A DNA stretch of 33,296 bases. Origin: Armatimonadota bacterium (GTDB taxonomy: Bacteria > Armatimonadota > Fervidibacteria > Fervidibacterales > Fervidibacteraceae). The stretch lies in NCBI GenBank assembly GCA_026419315.1, contig JANZZQ010000001.1, forward strand, positions 1 through 33,296, written 5' to 3'. Shown here in pieces: positions 1-9,801 of this stretch. A program made the translations under genes and the position numbers. How positions within the stretch are numbered: position 1 is the stretch's first letter; each line of letters starts with the position of its first letter. Under the pieces are notes generated by a model. That model was not told where the DNA came from. It worked only from the letters and a program-made list of their open reading frames with translations, and did not search any database.

Positions 1-991
1 AAGGCCTTCAGATTTTCGGATGGAAGCACCAATTGCCGAAGTTACTCCGAGGGCATGTCCATTGTGCCCGAACAACGAGGAGAGAACGCCCCCTGAAGTT
101 TTTGCAATTCGATTGGACGGTTCTCGCCCCAACACCCCGGGCTGGTTGGTTCGCGTTGTGCCGAACAAATTTCCGGCATTGCGGTTAGATGGCGAACTGA
201 ACAGGCGGGGAATGGGGTTGTTTGATTTAATGAACGGGGTCGGCGCTCACGAAGTCGTTATTGAAACCCCTGAACACAGCGCTGACTGGGACACAATGAC
301 AACTGAGCAATTGCACCGGGTGTTCCAGGCATACCAAGCGAGGCTCAACGCGTTGAGAGAGGACCAACGCTTTCGGTATCTCCTGGTTTTCAGAAATTAC
401 GGGGTGCAGGCTGGCGCTTCCTTATCGCACCCTCACTCTCAGATTATCGCTTTGCCGATCGTTCCTCAATTGCCGAAAGAGAAACTGACGGCTGCTCGCC
501 AATACTACCTGGACAAGGAAAGATGCCTTTTCTGCGATTTGATTTTTCAAGAGCAGGAGTTGCAAAAGCGGGTTGTTATGGAAAGCGAACACATCATTGT
601 CCTTTCGCCTTTTGCTGCCCGTTTTCCCTACGAACTACATTTCTTCCCAAAAGCTCACAACCACGATTTCGCTCAAGCGGACGAGAATGTTCTGAAGGAT
701 TTGGCCAACGTGATGAGGCGGATATTGAAAGCCGTAAAGCAGCTGCTCGGTCAGCCCGCATACAACTTTGTTCTTCATACCTCCCCCAATCCCATCCCCC
801 GCCCAGGTCGCCCGGACTACTGGGGAACACTGCCCTACGATTACCATTGGCATTTGGAGTTTTTGCCGAGGTTGACAAGAGTTGCAGGGTTTGAGTGGGG
901 AACCGGTTTTTACATCAACCCGGTGGCTCCAGAGGCAGCTGCTGAAGTTTTGAGGGAAACATTATCGCAATTGCCCGATGAGGCAAGGTGA
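1..991 (+). CDS. galT: GalT-family (HIT-like) hexose-1-phosphate nucleotidyltransferase, 5'-truncated by the window edge
   Basis: Frame is open from base 2 (RPSDFR precedes the called Met). Motifs: CPLC Zn site, VRVVPNKFPAL, GAHEVVIETPEH, GASLSHPHSQ catalytic HPH, AGFEWGTGFYINPVAPE. Confidence 0.9.
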   Translation, partial: RPSDFRMEAPIAEVTPRACPLCPNNEERTPPEVFAIRLDGSRPNTPGWLVRVVPNKFPALRLDGELNRRGMGLFDLMNGVGAHEVVIETPEHSADWDTMTTEQLHRVFQAYQARLNALREDQRFRYLLVFRNYGVQAGASLSHPHSQIIALPIVPQLPKEKLTAARQYYLDKERCLFCDLIFQEQELQKRVVMESEHIIVLSPFAARFPYELHFFPKAHNHDFAQADENVLKDLANVMRRILKAVKQLLGQPAYNFVLHTSPNPIPRPGRPDYWGTLPYDYHWHLEFLPRLTRVAGFEWGTGFYINPVAPEAAAEVLRETLSQLPDEAR

Positions 992-997
992 AAGGAG

Positions 998-3900
998 ATG
1001 ACGGCAGCGGGCTCGCCGATTGAAGGGATGGCTCAAAATGTTGTAACTCAATGGTTTCAGGAGTTGCGGGAAAAAGGCATCAGCATGTCACCTTCAATGT
1101 CCTTGAGGGAAGTCACGGTCAATATCATCGCCTCGCTACTTGACAGTTTAACTCGTTCTGATTGGCAAGAAGCTGCGCTTTTGAAGCTGCGGGTTCTTTG
1201 GTTCCTTGCCGACCAGTTGAATTTCCCGTTAGAGCAATCCCTAGAAATCTTTTTGAGACTTAAACGACATCTCGTTCGCGCGCTGGCGATCTTGTTGGAG
1301 AACACTGCTGAGGCCTACGAGAGGGTTGAAACTGTTTGGGATGAAGGGATTTTGAGGCTGACAGCCCACAGGCAAACTGCCACTTTGACGGCTTTGGACT
1401 TAGCCCACCAAAAATATTACACCCTGTTTGAACAGGCGTCCGACTCCTTCCTTCTGATTCGCATGGACGAAAATGGCACGATTGTTGAGGCGAATCCGGC
1501 TGCTTCGCAATTGACAGGTTATTCACTTGAGGAGTTGCATGGGATGTCCGCACTCGCTTTGGCTCCAGCGGAAGAGTTGGAGAAGTATCGCGATGCTTTA
1601 ACGGAGTTGAGGCGAACCGGGCAAGTGAGAGTGATGGGGATTGGACTGAAGCGCAAGGATGGGATGATGGTGATTGTTGACTTGAGTGCGACCTTGCTGA
1701 TGTTGGATGGAGTCGCTCACGCCCTTTGCATTGCCCGAGATATCACCGAACAGCAGAAAATGCAGCGCCGGCTTGAAAGCGTTATCTCTCATAGGACGAA
1801 AGAATTGGCTCAAGCTTTGGAGCGGGAGCGACACCGTGCTGCTCAGATGGCGGTCTTGTCCCAAATTGCGGCGGAAGCCCTCGAAGCAGTAAACGAAGAC
1901 GCAGTCTATCAAGTGGCCGCTCAAGCATTGAAGGAGCACTTGTCCCTCTGCAATGTTGCCCTTTTCTCTTACGACAAAAGCAAGCACGAACTGATTTTGA
2001 AGTCCTGCAAGGGAGCATACGAGGAAATTTGGTCACCAGAATATCGTCAGTCAGCAAACATCGGTTTGCTCGGACTTGCCGTCCGAACTGGGGAACCAAT
2101 TTTGGTTAACGATGTGACCAACCACCCCGATTATTTCCAAGCGACACCCGCCGAAGCAAAGACCCGTTCTGAACTGGTCGTTCCCATAAAGCTTCACGGT
2201 GAAATCGTCGGCGCATTGGATCTTCAGTCTGAGCAAGAGAATGCCTTTGACGAACAGGATCTGCAGATGGCACAAGCGGTTGCAGACCAAGTTGCCCACG
2301 CCTTAGAAGCCATCTCTCACTTTAACCATGTTCGCATCCTTCAAGAACTCAACGAGCAAATTGTTGAGAACTTGCCCCACGCAGTAGCCTTGCTGGACGA
2401 AAAGGGGACCTTGATAATTGCTAACGAACAATTCTGCCGGGAAGTGTGCCATCTTCCCAGGGAAATGGTAATTGGGAAACACTGGAAGGAAGTCATCCCG
2501 GAGGAGTTACAGCGAAGCGTTGTTGCCAACCATTATCCCCCAATGGACGAGACTGTTGCTGCCGCAATTTGGCACAGACAGGACTTTTTCTACCCCGAAA
2601 TCCCGTATGGAGGTGCTTGGTTTGACATTCGTGTCATCCCCATTCGCGGCGCTCAACAGAATCGGGTGATGATTCACATCCGAGATGCATCCCTTCGTGT
2701 CCGAAGAATTTACCAACTTGAGACTTTGATGGCTATTGCACAAGCAATGGAAAGCACTTTTGAACTCAACCGATTGCTCCATGCAATCCTGACTGCAGCG
2801 ACGGCTGGACCTGTTTTGGGCTTCAACCGAGCGATTTTGTTCTTGATTGACAAATCCTCTCAAGTGCTTCGGACAGCAATGGCGGTTGGTCCACTGACTG
2901 CAGAGGAAGCTTATGCCACTTGGGCTCGTTTGGCAGCGGAGCGGAAAACCCTATGGGACTTTCTAAGAGAGTATCCTGGTGATGAGGCTGTTCGTCAGAC
3001 TCCTTTGATGCAGTATGTTCGCGATTTGGAAATTCCCTTGGACGATAGCAACTTGCTTTCTCTTTGCCTCTCTCGGAGAGAGCCCATCAAGGTCGTCAAT
3101 CCCTTCAGCGAACCCAGATTGCCAGAAAGGTTAAGGGCTTTACTGGGCGATTCGGAAGCGATTTGCGTCCCTTTGGTCGCTCAAGAAGAATGGTTGGGCG
3201 TGATCATTGCAGACAACGCCTTCAGCCGTCATCCCATAACCGGGGAAGCAGAGCGGTTACTTAGGTTGTTTGCATCGTCGGCGAGCGTGGCGTTGCGAAA
3301 TGCACAATTGATAGCGGAGCTGAAAGAAGCCCTCGAGAGAGAGCAAAAAATGAGAGAGCAATTAGTTCACTCAGAACGTTTGGCAGCAATTGGTGAGCTG
3401 GCAGCAAAAATCGCCCATGACTTGAGGTCACCTTTGGTGACTATTGGCGGTTACGCCCGGCAGTTGCAAAGGAACCCTTCAGACCCGCAAAGGGTGCAGA
3501 GAAACGTTCAAATCATTGTTGGCGAGGTTGAGAGATTAGAGCGGCAGTTGCGGGACATTTTGGACTTTGCCACCCCGAAACCGCCGAAGTTACAGAGTCT
3601 CAACATCAACGAAATGATTGCAAGGCTTGCCGAAATCCACCGACCGAGTATGGAAGCGGCGGGAGTCCAATTGGTTATAGAGTTGCCTCCTAACCCTCTG
3701 TTTGTGAACGCTGATGAAATCCAGTTGGAACGAGTGCTGCTCAACTTGTGGCGAAACGCTGTGGAAGCAATGCCGGAAGGTGGGAAGTTAACTGTTCAAG
3801 TTTGGAACGAGAACGAAGCGGTGAAGATCAGCATCCAAGACACAGGGGTTGGCATTGTCCCCGATGAGCTGCCCAATATTTTCAAGCCTTTCTACACAAC

Positions 3901-4033
3901 CAAAAGCACCGGCTCGGGTTTGGGACTGGCAATTTGCAAGAAAATCATTGACGACCATGGCGGACAAATAGAGGTAGTTAGCTCAGTTGGGGAGGGGACA
4001 ACTTTTGTAATCACTCTCCCAGCAGCCAACTGA
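998..4033 (+). CDS. Soluble multi-sensor histidine kinase (helical N-term, PAS, GAF, PAS, GAF, HisKA, HATPase)
   Basis: PAS (ANPAASQLTGYS...ARDITEQ), GAF (RSELVVPIKLHGEIVGALDLQS), H-box AHDLRSPL, N-box LNLWRNA, DTGVG, TTKSTGSGLGL. RBS AAGGAG before the ATG. No clear TM helix. Confidence 0.93.
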   Translation: MTAAGSPIEGMAQNVVTQWFQELREKGISMSPSMSLREVTVNIIASLLDSLTRSDWQEAALLKLRVLWFLADQLNFPLEQSLEIFLRLKRHLVRALAILLENTAEAYERVETVWDEGILRLTAHRQTATLTALDLAHQKYYTLFEQASDSFLLIRMDENGTIVEANPAASQLTGYSLEELHGMSALALAPAEELEKYRDALTELRRTGQVRVMGIGLKRKDGMMVIVDLSATLLMLDGVAHALCIARDITEQQKMQRRLESVISHRTKELAQALERERHRAAQMAVLSQIAAEALEAVNEDAVYQVAAQALKEHLSLCNVALFSYDKSKHELILKSCKGAYEEIWSPEYRQSANIGLLGLAVRTGEPILVNDVTNHPDYFQATPAEAKTRSELVVPIKLHGEIVGALDLQSEQENAFDEQDLQMAQAVADQVAHALEAISHFNHVRILQELNEQIVENLPHAVALLDEKGTLIIANEQFCREVCHLPREMVIGKHWKEVIPEELQRSVVANHYPPMDETVAAAIWHRQDFFYPEIPYGGAWFDIRVIPIRGAQQNRVMIHIRDASLRVRRIYQLETLMAIAQAMESTFELNRLLHAILTAATAGPVLGFNRAILFLIDKSSQVLRTAMAVGPLTAEEAYATWARLAAERKTLWDFLREYPGDEAVRQTPLMQYVRDLEIPLDDSNLLSLCLSRREPIKVVNPFSEPRLPERLRALLGDSEAICVPLVAQEEWLGVIIADNAFSRHPITGEAERLLRLFASSASVALRNAQLIAELKEALEREQKMREQLVHSERLAAIGELAAKIAHDLRSPLVTIGGYARQLQRNPSDPQRVQRNVQIIVGEVERLERQLRDILDFATPKPPKLQSLNINEMIARLAEIHRPSMEAAGVQLVIELPPNPLFVNADEIQLERVLLNLWRNAVEAMPEGGKLTVQVWNENEAVKISIQDTGVGIVPDELPNIFKPFYTTKSTGSGLGLAICKKIIDDHGGQIEVVSSVGEGTTFVITLPAAN

Positions 4034-4132
4034 AGGGATTTTTTCCCTCACCACCGAGAGTTTGACGGCGGCAAAGTGAAAAGGGCAATACAGTGGCATC
4101 TTCAGGTTTTGCGCTTTGGAGGTGAGCCGCAG

Positions 4133-4525
4133 ATGGCAAAGGCGCGCATTTTGGTCGTTGAGGATGATGACAGGCAAAGGCAACTTTACTGTGAGGAGTT
4201 GGCATCCGCAGGTTACGCTACCTTGGAAGCCAGAAGTGCAGGTGAGGCGGAGGAGTTGCTTCGTCGTGAACAAATAGACCTCATAGTCCTGGACATCAAT
4301 ATGCCCGGAGTTTCCGGGCTTGAACTTCTACCCCGTATCCACGAACTGCGCCCCGGTTTGCCGGTCATCATCCATACCGCTTACGGAAGTTACCGCGATG
4401 ATTTCATTAGTTGGCTTGCCGATTTGTTCATAGTCAAATCGCCCGACGCGGAAGGCTTAATTGAGGCAGTGGAGGATTTGCTCAACCGACAGCGCAAAAG
4501 CCCTGAAAGCGAGGAGGGGAACTAA
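4133..4525 (+). CDS. Single-domain (CheY-like) response regulator
   Basis: ILVVEDD, phospho-acceptor LDINMPG, HTAY, IVKS; no output domain. Start moved to ATG 4133 behind GGAGGTGA. Confidence 0.92.
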   Translation: MAKARILVVEDDDRQRQLYCEELASAGYATLEARSAGEAEELLRREQIDLIVLDINMPGVSGLELLPRIHELRPGLPVIIHTAYGSYRDDFISWLADLFIVKSPDAEGLIEAVEDLLNRQRKSPESEEGN

Positions 4526-4529
4526 AACT

Positions 4530-5750
4530 GTGAGGGAGCAAAACGCTGTGGACCAAACGTTGGCAATGGTCCTCGCCGGTGGAGTAGGTGAGCGACTTTA
4601 CCCTTTGACGAAAGTCAAAGCAAAACCAGCTGTTCCCTTCGGCGGCATTTACAGGATCATTGACTTCACTTTGTCAAATTGCCTTCACTCGGGAATCCGG
4701 CGAATCTTCGTCCTAACTCAACACAAGTCCTTGCCCTTGGACCGACACCTTTGGTTGGGCTGGAGTTCGCTTTTTCGGACAGAATTGGGCGAGTTTTTGG
4801 CAACTGTCCCACCGCAGCAGAGGTTAGTCCGGGAGTGGTATCGCGGCACCGCTGACGCTGTCTTTCAAAACATTGACTTGCTTTCCCACGAACGACCGAG
4901 GTTCGTGCTTATTCTGGCTGGTGACCATGTTTACCGAATGGACTATCGGGCAATGCTGAAGTTCCATTTGGCGAAAGGCGCAGAGTTGACGATCGCGTGC
5001 ACGACTGTGCCGATAGAGAACGCATCGCGGTTCGGAGTGATGGAAGTGGATGAAACTGACCGCATCATAGGCTTTGAGGAGAAACCGCCTCACCCCAAGC
5101 CTTTGCCGAACGACCCACTCCACGCTCTCATTTCAATGGGCATCTATCTGTTCAATACAGAAACTTTGGTTCGGGCAGTAATTCAAGACGCGAAGCGAAC
5201 CGATAGCGATCACGATTTTGGCAAAAATGTCATTCCCACTTTGGTTCAACAGGGGGTTCGTGTTTTTGCTTTCAACATTCGCAAGGAACTTCCACCTCTT
5301 TTTCACTACTGGCAAGACATCGGGACTTTAGACAGTTACTACAACACTCACATGGAGTTGGTCGGTCCCGCCCCCTCTTTCCCGCTTCACGACGAAAATT
5401 GGACGATACGAACCTACTTGCCCCCATTCCCTCCCGCCGTCCTAAAAGGGAACGCCGTTGCCAAGCATTGTTTGATTTCTCCTGGATGTGAGATTGAGGA
5501 AGGGGCGGTGGTTGAAAACTCTGTCCTTTCACCGGGTGTCCACATTGGGAAAGAAGCGGTTGTGCGAAATTGCGTGCTGCTTCACCGAGTCCATATTGGC
5601 GATGAATGTCGCTTGGAAAAGGTCATTGTGGACGAAGATGTAACTGTCCCAAAAGGCGAACAAATCGGTCTGGATTTGGAAAGGGACAAACGAAGGTTCA
5701 CGGTAACAGGGCAAGGGGTCGTCGTTGTCCCCGTTGGTGTTGTTTTTTAG
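4530..5750 (+). CDS. glgC: Glucose-1-phosphate adenylyltransferase (ADP-glucose pyrophosphorylase)
   Basis: LAGGVGERLYPLT..AKPAVPFGG.YRIIDFTLSN, WYRGTADAVFQN, LAGDHVYRMDY, FEEKP, SMGIY, HDFGKNVIP, YWQDIGT, C-terminal beta-helix. Start is GTG 4530 or GTG 4548. Confidence 0.95.
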   Translation: MREQNAVDQTLAMVLAGGVGERLYPLTKVKAKPAVPFGGIYRIIDFTLSNCLHSGIRRIFVLTQHKSLPLDRHLWLGWSSLFRTELGEFLATVPPQQRLVREWYRGTADAVFQNIDLLSHERPRFVLILAGDHVYRMDYRAMLKFHLAKGAELTIACTTVPIENASRFGVMEVDETDRIIGFEEKPPHPKPLPNDPLHALISMGIYLFNTETLVRAVIQDAKRTDSDHDFGKNVIPTLVQQGVRVFAFNIRKELPPLFHYWQDIGTLDSYYNTHMELVGPAPSFPLHDENWTIRTYLPPFPPAVLKGNAVAKHCLISPGCEIEEGAVVENSVLSPGVHIGKEAVVRNCVLLHRVHIGDECRLEKVIVDEDVTVPKGEQIGLDLERDKRRFTVTGQGVVVVPVGVVF

Positions 5751-7081
5751 TCTTGAGGGAGTCTGAGAGGTAACCGGATGAAGAAAGTCGAGCCTTTCCC
5801 CAGTTCACTTTCAACCCAAATTTTCCCTCCGTGAGCGTCAACCACGTTCTTGACAATCCTCGTCCCCAAGCCAGTTCCCCCGGGCTTAGTGGAAATCGCC
5901 CGGTCGGTGAACATCCAGCGAAGAACTTCCTCAGGAATGCCGCGCCCTGTGTCGGAGACTTCAATGCCCAGATATTTGCCTTCCGGAAACTCACCTTCAA
6001 ATCGGGCGTAAGTGCGGATGACGACGGAGCCCCCGGGAGGTGTTTCAGGGATTGCGTTGTTGACGAGGTTGTAAAGGGCGTTGTAAATCCGTTTCGGGTC
6101 GAGAAGCACCGTTGGAATTTCGCCTCGACTTTCTAAACGCAAATCCACACCTTGACGCAAGGCTACGGGTTTAAGTGCCCTCAAAACTTTTTCCGCCACC
6201 TCATTGACATTCGTCGGCTCAAACCGAGGTTCTGAAATCACACCCTTAACTGCGTCCGAAATCTCCTTCATCCGTTCTTGAATTTGAGCCGAACTTTCCT
6301 CAATCATCTGGATGGCTTCGTTGAAAAATTCGTCGAACCCTTGCAACGCTTCATTCAACCTTTGCCATGCTTCTTTCGGAAATTGGGAGCGAAGTTGTTC
6401 CAGTTCGGTCTTGCAACTTTGATAGATGAGCGCCAAAGTTTGGGCTGTCGTCAATATTGGGGTGAGCATGTTCTTGATGTCGTGGCTGATGTTTCCCAAA
6501 AGCCGGGCAATGATAGCGAGACGGCGTTCCTCTTGGATTCTCGCCGTTTCAATTGCCGTGCCAGCCAAAGTTGCCACTATGCTAAGTGTTTCCATGTCAA
6601 ACTCATCAAAATCGCCGTCGCGCTTGTTAAGGGCTTGGAGTGCGCCTATGGGTTTGCCTTCAATGTCCCTTAGCGGAACTGTCACCATGTTGCGGGTCCG
6701 GTAACCCGTCCTTCGGTCAACTTCCTGCAAGTGGCTCAATTCGGTTGTGACATCTTCCGTGATCTTCGCTTGCCCTGTTTGAAAGACTTTCCCTACGATC
6801 CCTTTGTTCGCCGGGATTTCCATGCCAATCAATTCATTTGCCTTCTCGCCTATGACATAGCGAAAAATCAGAGTGTCCCGGTCGGGGTTGTAAAGGTAGA
6901 GGGTTCCAGCATCGGCGTTGACCACATCCAAAGCGATTCTCAAAACTTCCTGCATCAGTTCATCCAAGCGAGCGGATGTCATCCCGGACTTAGCGGCGCT
7001 GTAAAGGGCAGAAGTTATGCGAAAGACAGCGTTAAGTTGGCGGTTTCGCTCTTCCAATTCCCTTGCCATCTCATCGCCCAT
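5747..7081 (-). CDS. Soluble GAF-domain sensor histidine kinase
   Basis: GAF (GIVGKVFQTG...VDRRTGYRTRNMVTVPL...ALNKRDGDF), H-box SHDIKNMLTP, YNLVNNA, DTGRG, TKPGGTGLG. Confidence 0.92.
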   Translation of the reverse strand: MGDEMARELEERNRQLNAVFRITSALYSAAKSGMTSARLDELMQEVLRIALDVVNADAGTLYLYNPDRDTLIFRYVIGEKANELIGMEIPANKGIVGKVFQTGQAKITEDVTTELSHLQEVDRRTGYRTRNMVTVPLRDIEGKPIGALQALNKRDGDFDEFDMETLSIVATLAGTAIETARIQEERRLAIIARLLGNISHDIKNMLTPILTTAQTLALIYQSCKTELEQLRSQFPKEAWQRLNEALQGFDEFFNEAIQMIEESSAQIQERMKEISDAVKGVISEPRFEPTNVNEVAEKVLRALKPVALRQGVDLRLESRGEIPTVLLDPKRIYNALYNLVNNAIPETPPGGSVVIRTYARFEGEFPEGKYLGIEVSDTGRGIPEEVLRWMFTDRAISTKPGGTGLGTRIVKNVVDAHGGKIWVESELGKGSTFFIRLPLRLPQD

Positions 7082-7198
7082 TTTCTCTCACCACTTCGGT
7101 TGCGTTACATGTTCGGCGTTGAGCGCTTTGCGTTACTTCAAAATCTTGAAACCCGACAATTTACCCATTGCGCTGAGAAAAAACTGTCCACAAACTTG

Positions 7199-8095
7199 TC
7201 AACCCTCGCAACCACACAGGATTGAGCCGTCTTCATCTCTCACTATTATCCGTCCGCATTGAAAGCATCTGGCTGTCCCTTTCTTCCCGTCAACTTCAAC
7301 GGTCACCGCTCTACCGTTTAGCACTGCTTTCGCTTCAAGGTAAAGTTGTTTCCACGATGAGTTTTGCCACCGATACGCTTCAACAATGAGCGGGGAGTCG
7401 ACTTGCTGCAAAATCGGAGCGAGCAAGTCCCAAGGGATTGTCCCGTAGCCTGGTGGCAAGTGAAGGTCGCGGGATTTGTCATTATCGGCGATGTGATATG
7501 TTCCCACAAAAGAAGCGACGCTCTCAAGCCAAAGGTAAACATTGCCCGCAATGTGAGCGTGTCCGGTGTCAAAGCAAAGGCGTAAGTAAGGCGAGAAGTA
7601 AGCAGCGAGGAAGCGACTCAACTCCGTTGGGTCAGAACCGATCGCTGCATCTGGAAGCATGTTCTCAACCGCCAAAACGATGTTCAAACTTTCAGCGAAA
7701 GGTAAAAGTTCGTCAAGGCTTTTCCTGAACCAATCCCACGCTTTTGGCTTATCGCTCTCGCTGCGTGGGGCGCCAGACGGGTGGATGATCAAGTAACTTG
7801 CGCCAACTGCTCGGGTTCGCTCTAAGATGAACTTGTGAAGTTCAACAGCCTTTCGCCGAGTTTTCTCCTCAGGATGAGCCAAGTTGTATTGACCGCCGAA
7901 AGGGGCATGGACGGACCAAAAGCGAATACCTGCGTCATGAAACATTTGCGACCAACTTTCAAGGACTCGAATTGGGTTCTCAACCAAGGGTGGGTAGTCG
8001 CACTCAAGGGCTGCAATGCCCGCTTGTTTCCAAGCCTTCAAATCGTCCTCCAAAGTCTCCGCCTCTATCCTCCCAACAGCAATGCCAATCTCCAT
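7199..8095 (-). CDS. Sugar phosphate isomerase/epimerase family (AP endonuclease-2 / xylose isomerase-like TIM barrel) with Cys-rich C-terminal tail
   Basis: SVHAPF, IIHP, AVENM, CFDTGHAH, HIADN...DLHLPPGYGTIPW, IVE metal-binding motifs. Confidence 0.85.
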   Translation of the reverse strand: MEIGIAVGRIEAETLEDDLKAWKQAGIAALECDYPPLVENPIRVLESWSQMFHDAGIRFWSVHAPFGGQYNLAHPEEKTRRKAVELHKFILERTRAVGASYLIIHPSGAPRSESDKPKAWDWFRKSLDELLPFAESLNIVLAVENMLPDAAIGSDPTELSRFLAAYFSPYLRLCFDTGHAHIAGNVYLWLESVASFVGTYHIADNDKSRDLHLPPGYGTIPWDLLAPILQQVDSPLIVEAYRWQNSSWKQLYLEAKAVLNGRAVTVEVDGKKGTARCFQCGRIIVRDEDGSILCGCEG

Positions 8096-8251
8096 TGACC
8101 CTCACCTCGTTGGTAAAAATTGACGCCAGCAAATTAAAGTTTGGCATGAAATGCAAGGATACATCCGCCTTGTCTCGCAACGAGTTGAAGCGCCGGCGAC
8201 AAGGGAAAGGCGTCCGTTGAAAGGCGTTCTCACGCCTTCCTCTTGCGGCTT

Positions 8252-8260
8252 TGCTACAAT
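8252..8260 (+). promoter_or_regulatory. Candidate extended -10 promoter element (TGcTACAAT)
   Basis: TG-N-TACAAT 21 nt upstream of ATG 8282 in a divergent intergenic region; motif match only. Confidence 0.45.
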
Positions 8261-8281
8261 AGTGTTCGGAGGGGAAAAGCG

Positions 8282-9022
8282 ATGAAGGGTATAGTTTTGG
8301 CTGGAGGTTTGGGAACGAGGTTATATCCGCTCACGAAAGTGACAAACAAACACTTGCTGCCCGTTTACAACAAGCCGATGGTGCTTTACCCGATAGAGGC
8401 GCTTGTGCTTGCGGGTATTACCGACATTTTGATTGTCACGGGTGGCGAGTGGGCAACAGACTTTGCCCGTTTGCTTGCCGATTTCAAAAACTTTGGAATT
8501 CGCAACCTCTACTTTGCCTACCAGGAAAAACCCCTGGGGATTGCCCACGCTCTTGGGTTGGCGGAATCTTTCGTCAATGGGGATAAGTGCGTGGTTTTCC
8601 TGGGCGATAACGTGATTGAGGGAAACATCATCAAAGCGAAGGGAAAGTTCGAGCGAATGGAAAGGGGAGCACTGGTTTTATTGAAAGAGGTTCCCGACCC
8701 TCAAAACTACGGCTGCCCAATTTTGGATGAGACAGGGAAGATCGTCCGCATAATTGAGAAGCCGAAAGAACCGCCAAGCCCTTACGCCGTTATTGGCATC
8801 TACTTCTACGACGCAGAGGTTTTCTCAATTGTCAAGACCCTCAAGCCGAGCGAGCGTGGGGAATTGGAAATCACCGATGTGAACAACGCCTATGCGGAGC
8901 GGGGATTGCTGGAGTATGAAGTCCTTGAAGGTTGGTGGGGAGACGCTGGGGCGAGTATTGATGCTTGGCTGAGGGTGAACAATTTAGTGGCTCAAACTGG
9001 TGCAAACAAACTGAGCTTGTAA
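8282..9022 (+). CDS. Glucose-1-phosphate thymidylyltransferase family (RmlA/SpsI-like sugar-phosphate nucleotidyltransferase)
   Basis: GIVLAGGLGTRLYPLTKVTNKHLLPVYNKPM, QEKPLGIAHA, LGDN, IIEKP, PSERGELEITDVN. ATG 8282 follows GGAGG. Confidence 0.88.
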   Translation: MKGIVLAGGLGTRLYPLTKVTNKHLLPVYNKPMVLYPIEALVLAGITDILIVTGGEWATDFARLLADFKNFGIRNLYFAYQEKPLGIAHALGLAESFVNGDKCVVFLGDNVIEGNIIKAKGKFERMERGALVLLKEVPDPQNYGCPILDETGKIVRIIEKPKEPPSPYAVIGIYFYDAEVFSIVKTLKPSERGELEITDVNNAYAERGLLEYEVLEGWWGDAGASIDAWLRVNNLVAQTGANKLSL

Positions 9023-9036
9023 GCGAGTGATGGGAA

Positions 9037-9801
9037 ATGGCAGAGCGAAGGAGAGATGAAACGCAAACCGAGCAAAATTGGTCTTCGGTTTTGCCGCAGC
9101 TGTTGCGTGCCGGGCAAGGGGAGGTAATCTTCAACCTCCTTCCAAGCGCAATCCACGAACTCAATAACGCCCTTAACACTGTCCTTGGGTTTGCCGATTT
9201 GCTTCAAAACGAAACTTCGCTCTCCAAGACCCTAAAGGAAGACCTGAAGACGATAGAGCGGGCTGGAATAAGGGCAAGGGAGCTTCTCGCAATCTTGAGG
9301 GCTTTGGCGAGCGGGGTTTCACCTCAGGTCCAGATTATGCCTGTTGATTTGCCTGAACTTTGCGAGCAAGTGTGCAGTTTGATGGCGGCAGCGTTCCGAA
9401 GAAATCATGTCCGACTCGTCACCGATTATAGCCCCCAAACACCAGTCGTCCTCTCGGATGCTTCTCGGCTTCGTTTCGTGCTCTTGGCGTTACTCCAAAA
9501 CGCCTGCGATGCCATCGGCGCTTCCGGTGAAGGTGGACAAGTCTCAATAAGGACCGGTCAAAACGAATCGGGGCACGCCGTGATTGCCATTGAGAATGAA
9601 GGTTGTGGTCTTCCCCGAGAAATTCAATCAAAACTTTTCAACCCTTTCGTCACCACGAAACCTAAAGGCAAAGGGGCAGGTTTAGGTTTGTTCGTTGCCC
9701 GTCAGTTCATCACTGAACTGCAAGGGGAAATTGAAATCCGAGAAACCGAGTGCGGCACAAGAGTTACAATCGTCCTCCCTTCTCTGTCCCTTCAAACTTG
9801 A
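9037..9801 (+). CDS. Sensor-less histidine kinase core (HisKA + HATPase), atypical G1 box
   Basis: H-box [31 protein letters not shown]; only about 38 aa precede the His. Confidence 0.85.
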   Translation: MAERRRDETQTEQNWSSVLPQLLRAGQGEVIFNLLPSAIHELNNALNTVLGFADLLQNETSLSKTLKEDLKTIERAGIRARELLAILRALASGVSPQVQIMPVDLPELCEQVCSLMAAAFRRNHVRLVTDYSPQTPVVLSDASRLRFVLLALLQNACDAIGASGEGGQVSIRTGQNESGHAVIAIENEGCGLPREIQSKLFNPFVTTKPKGKGAGLGLFVARQFITELQGEIEIRETECGTRVTIVLPSLSLQT

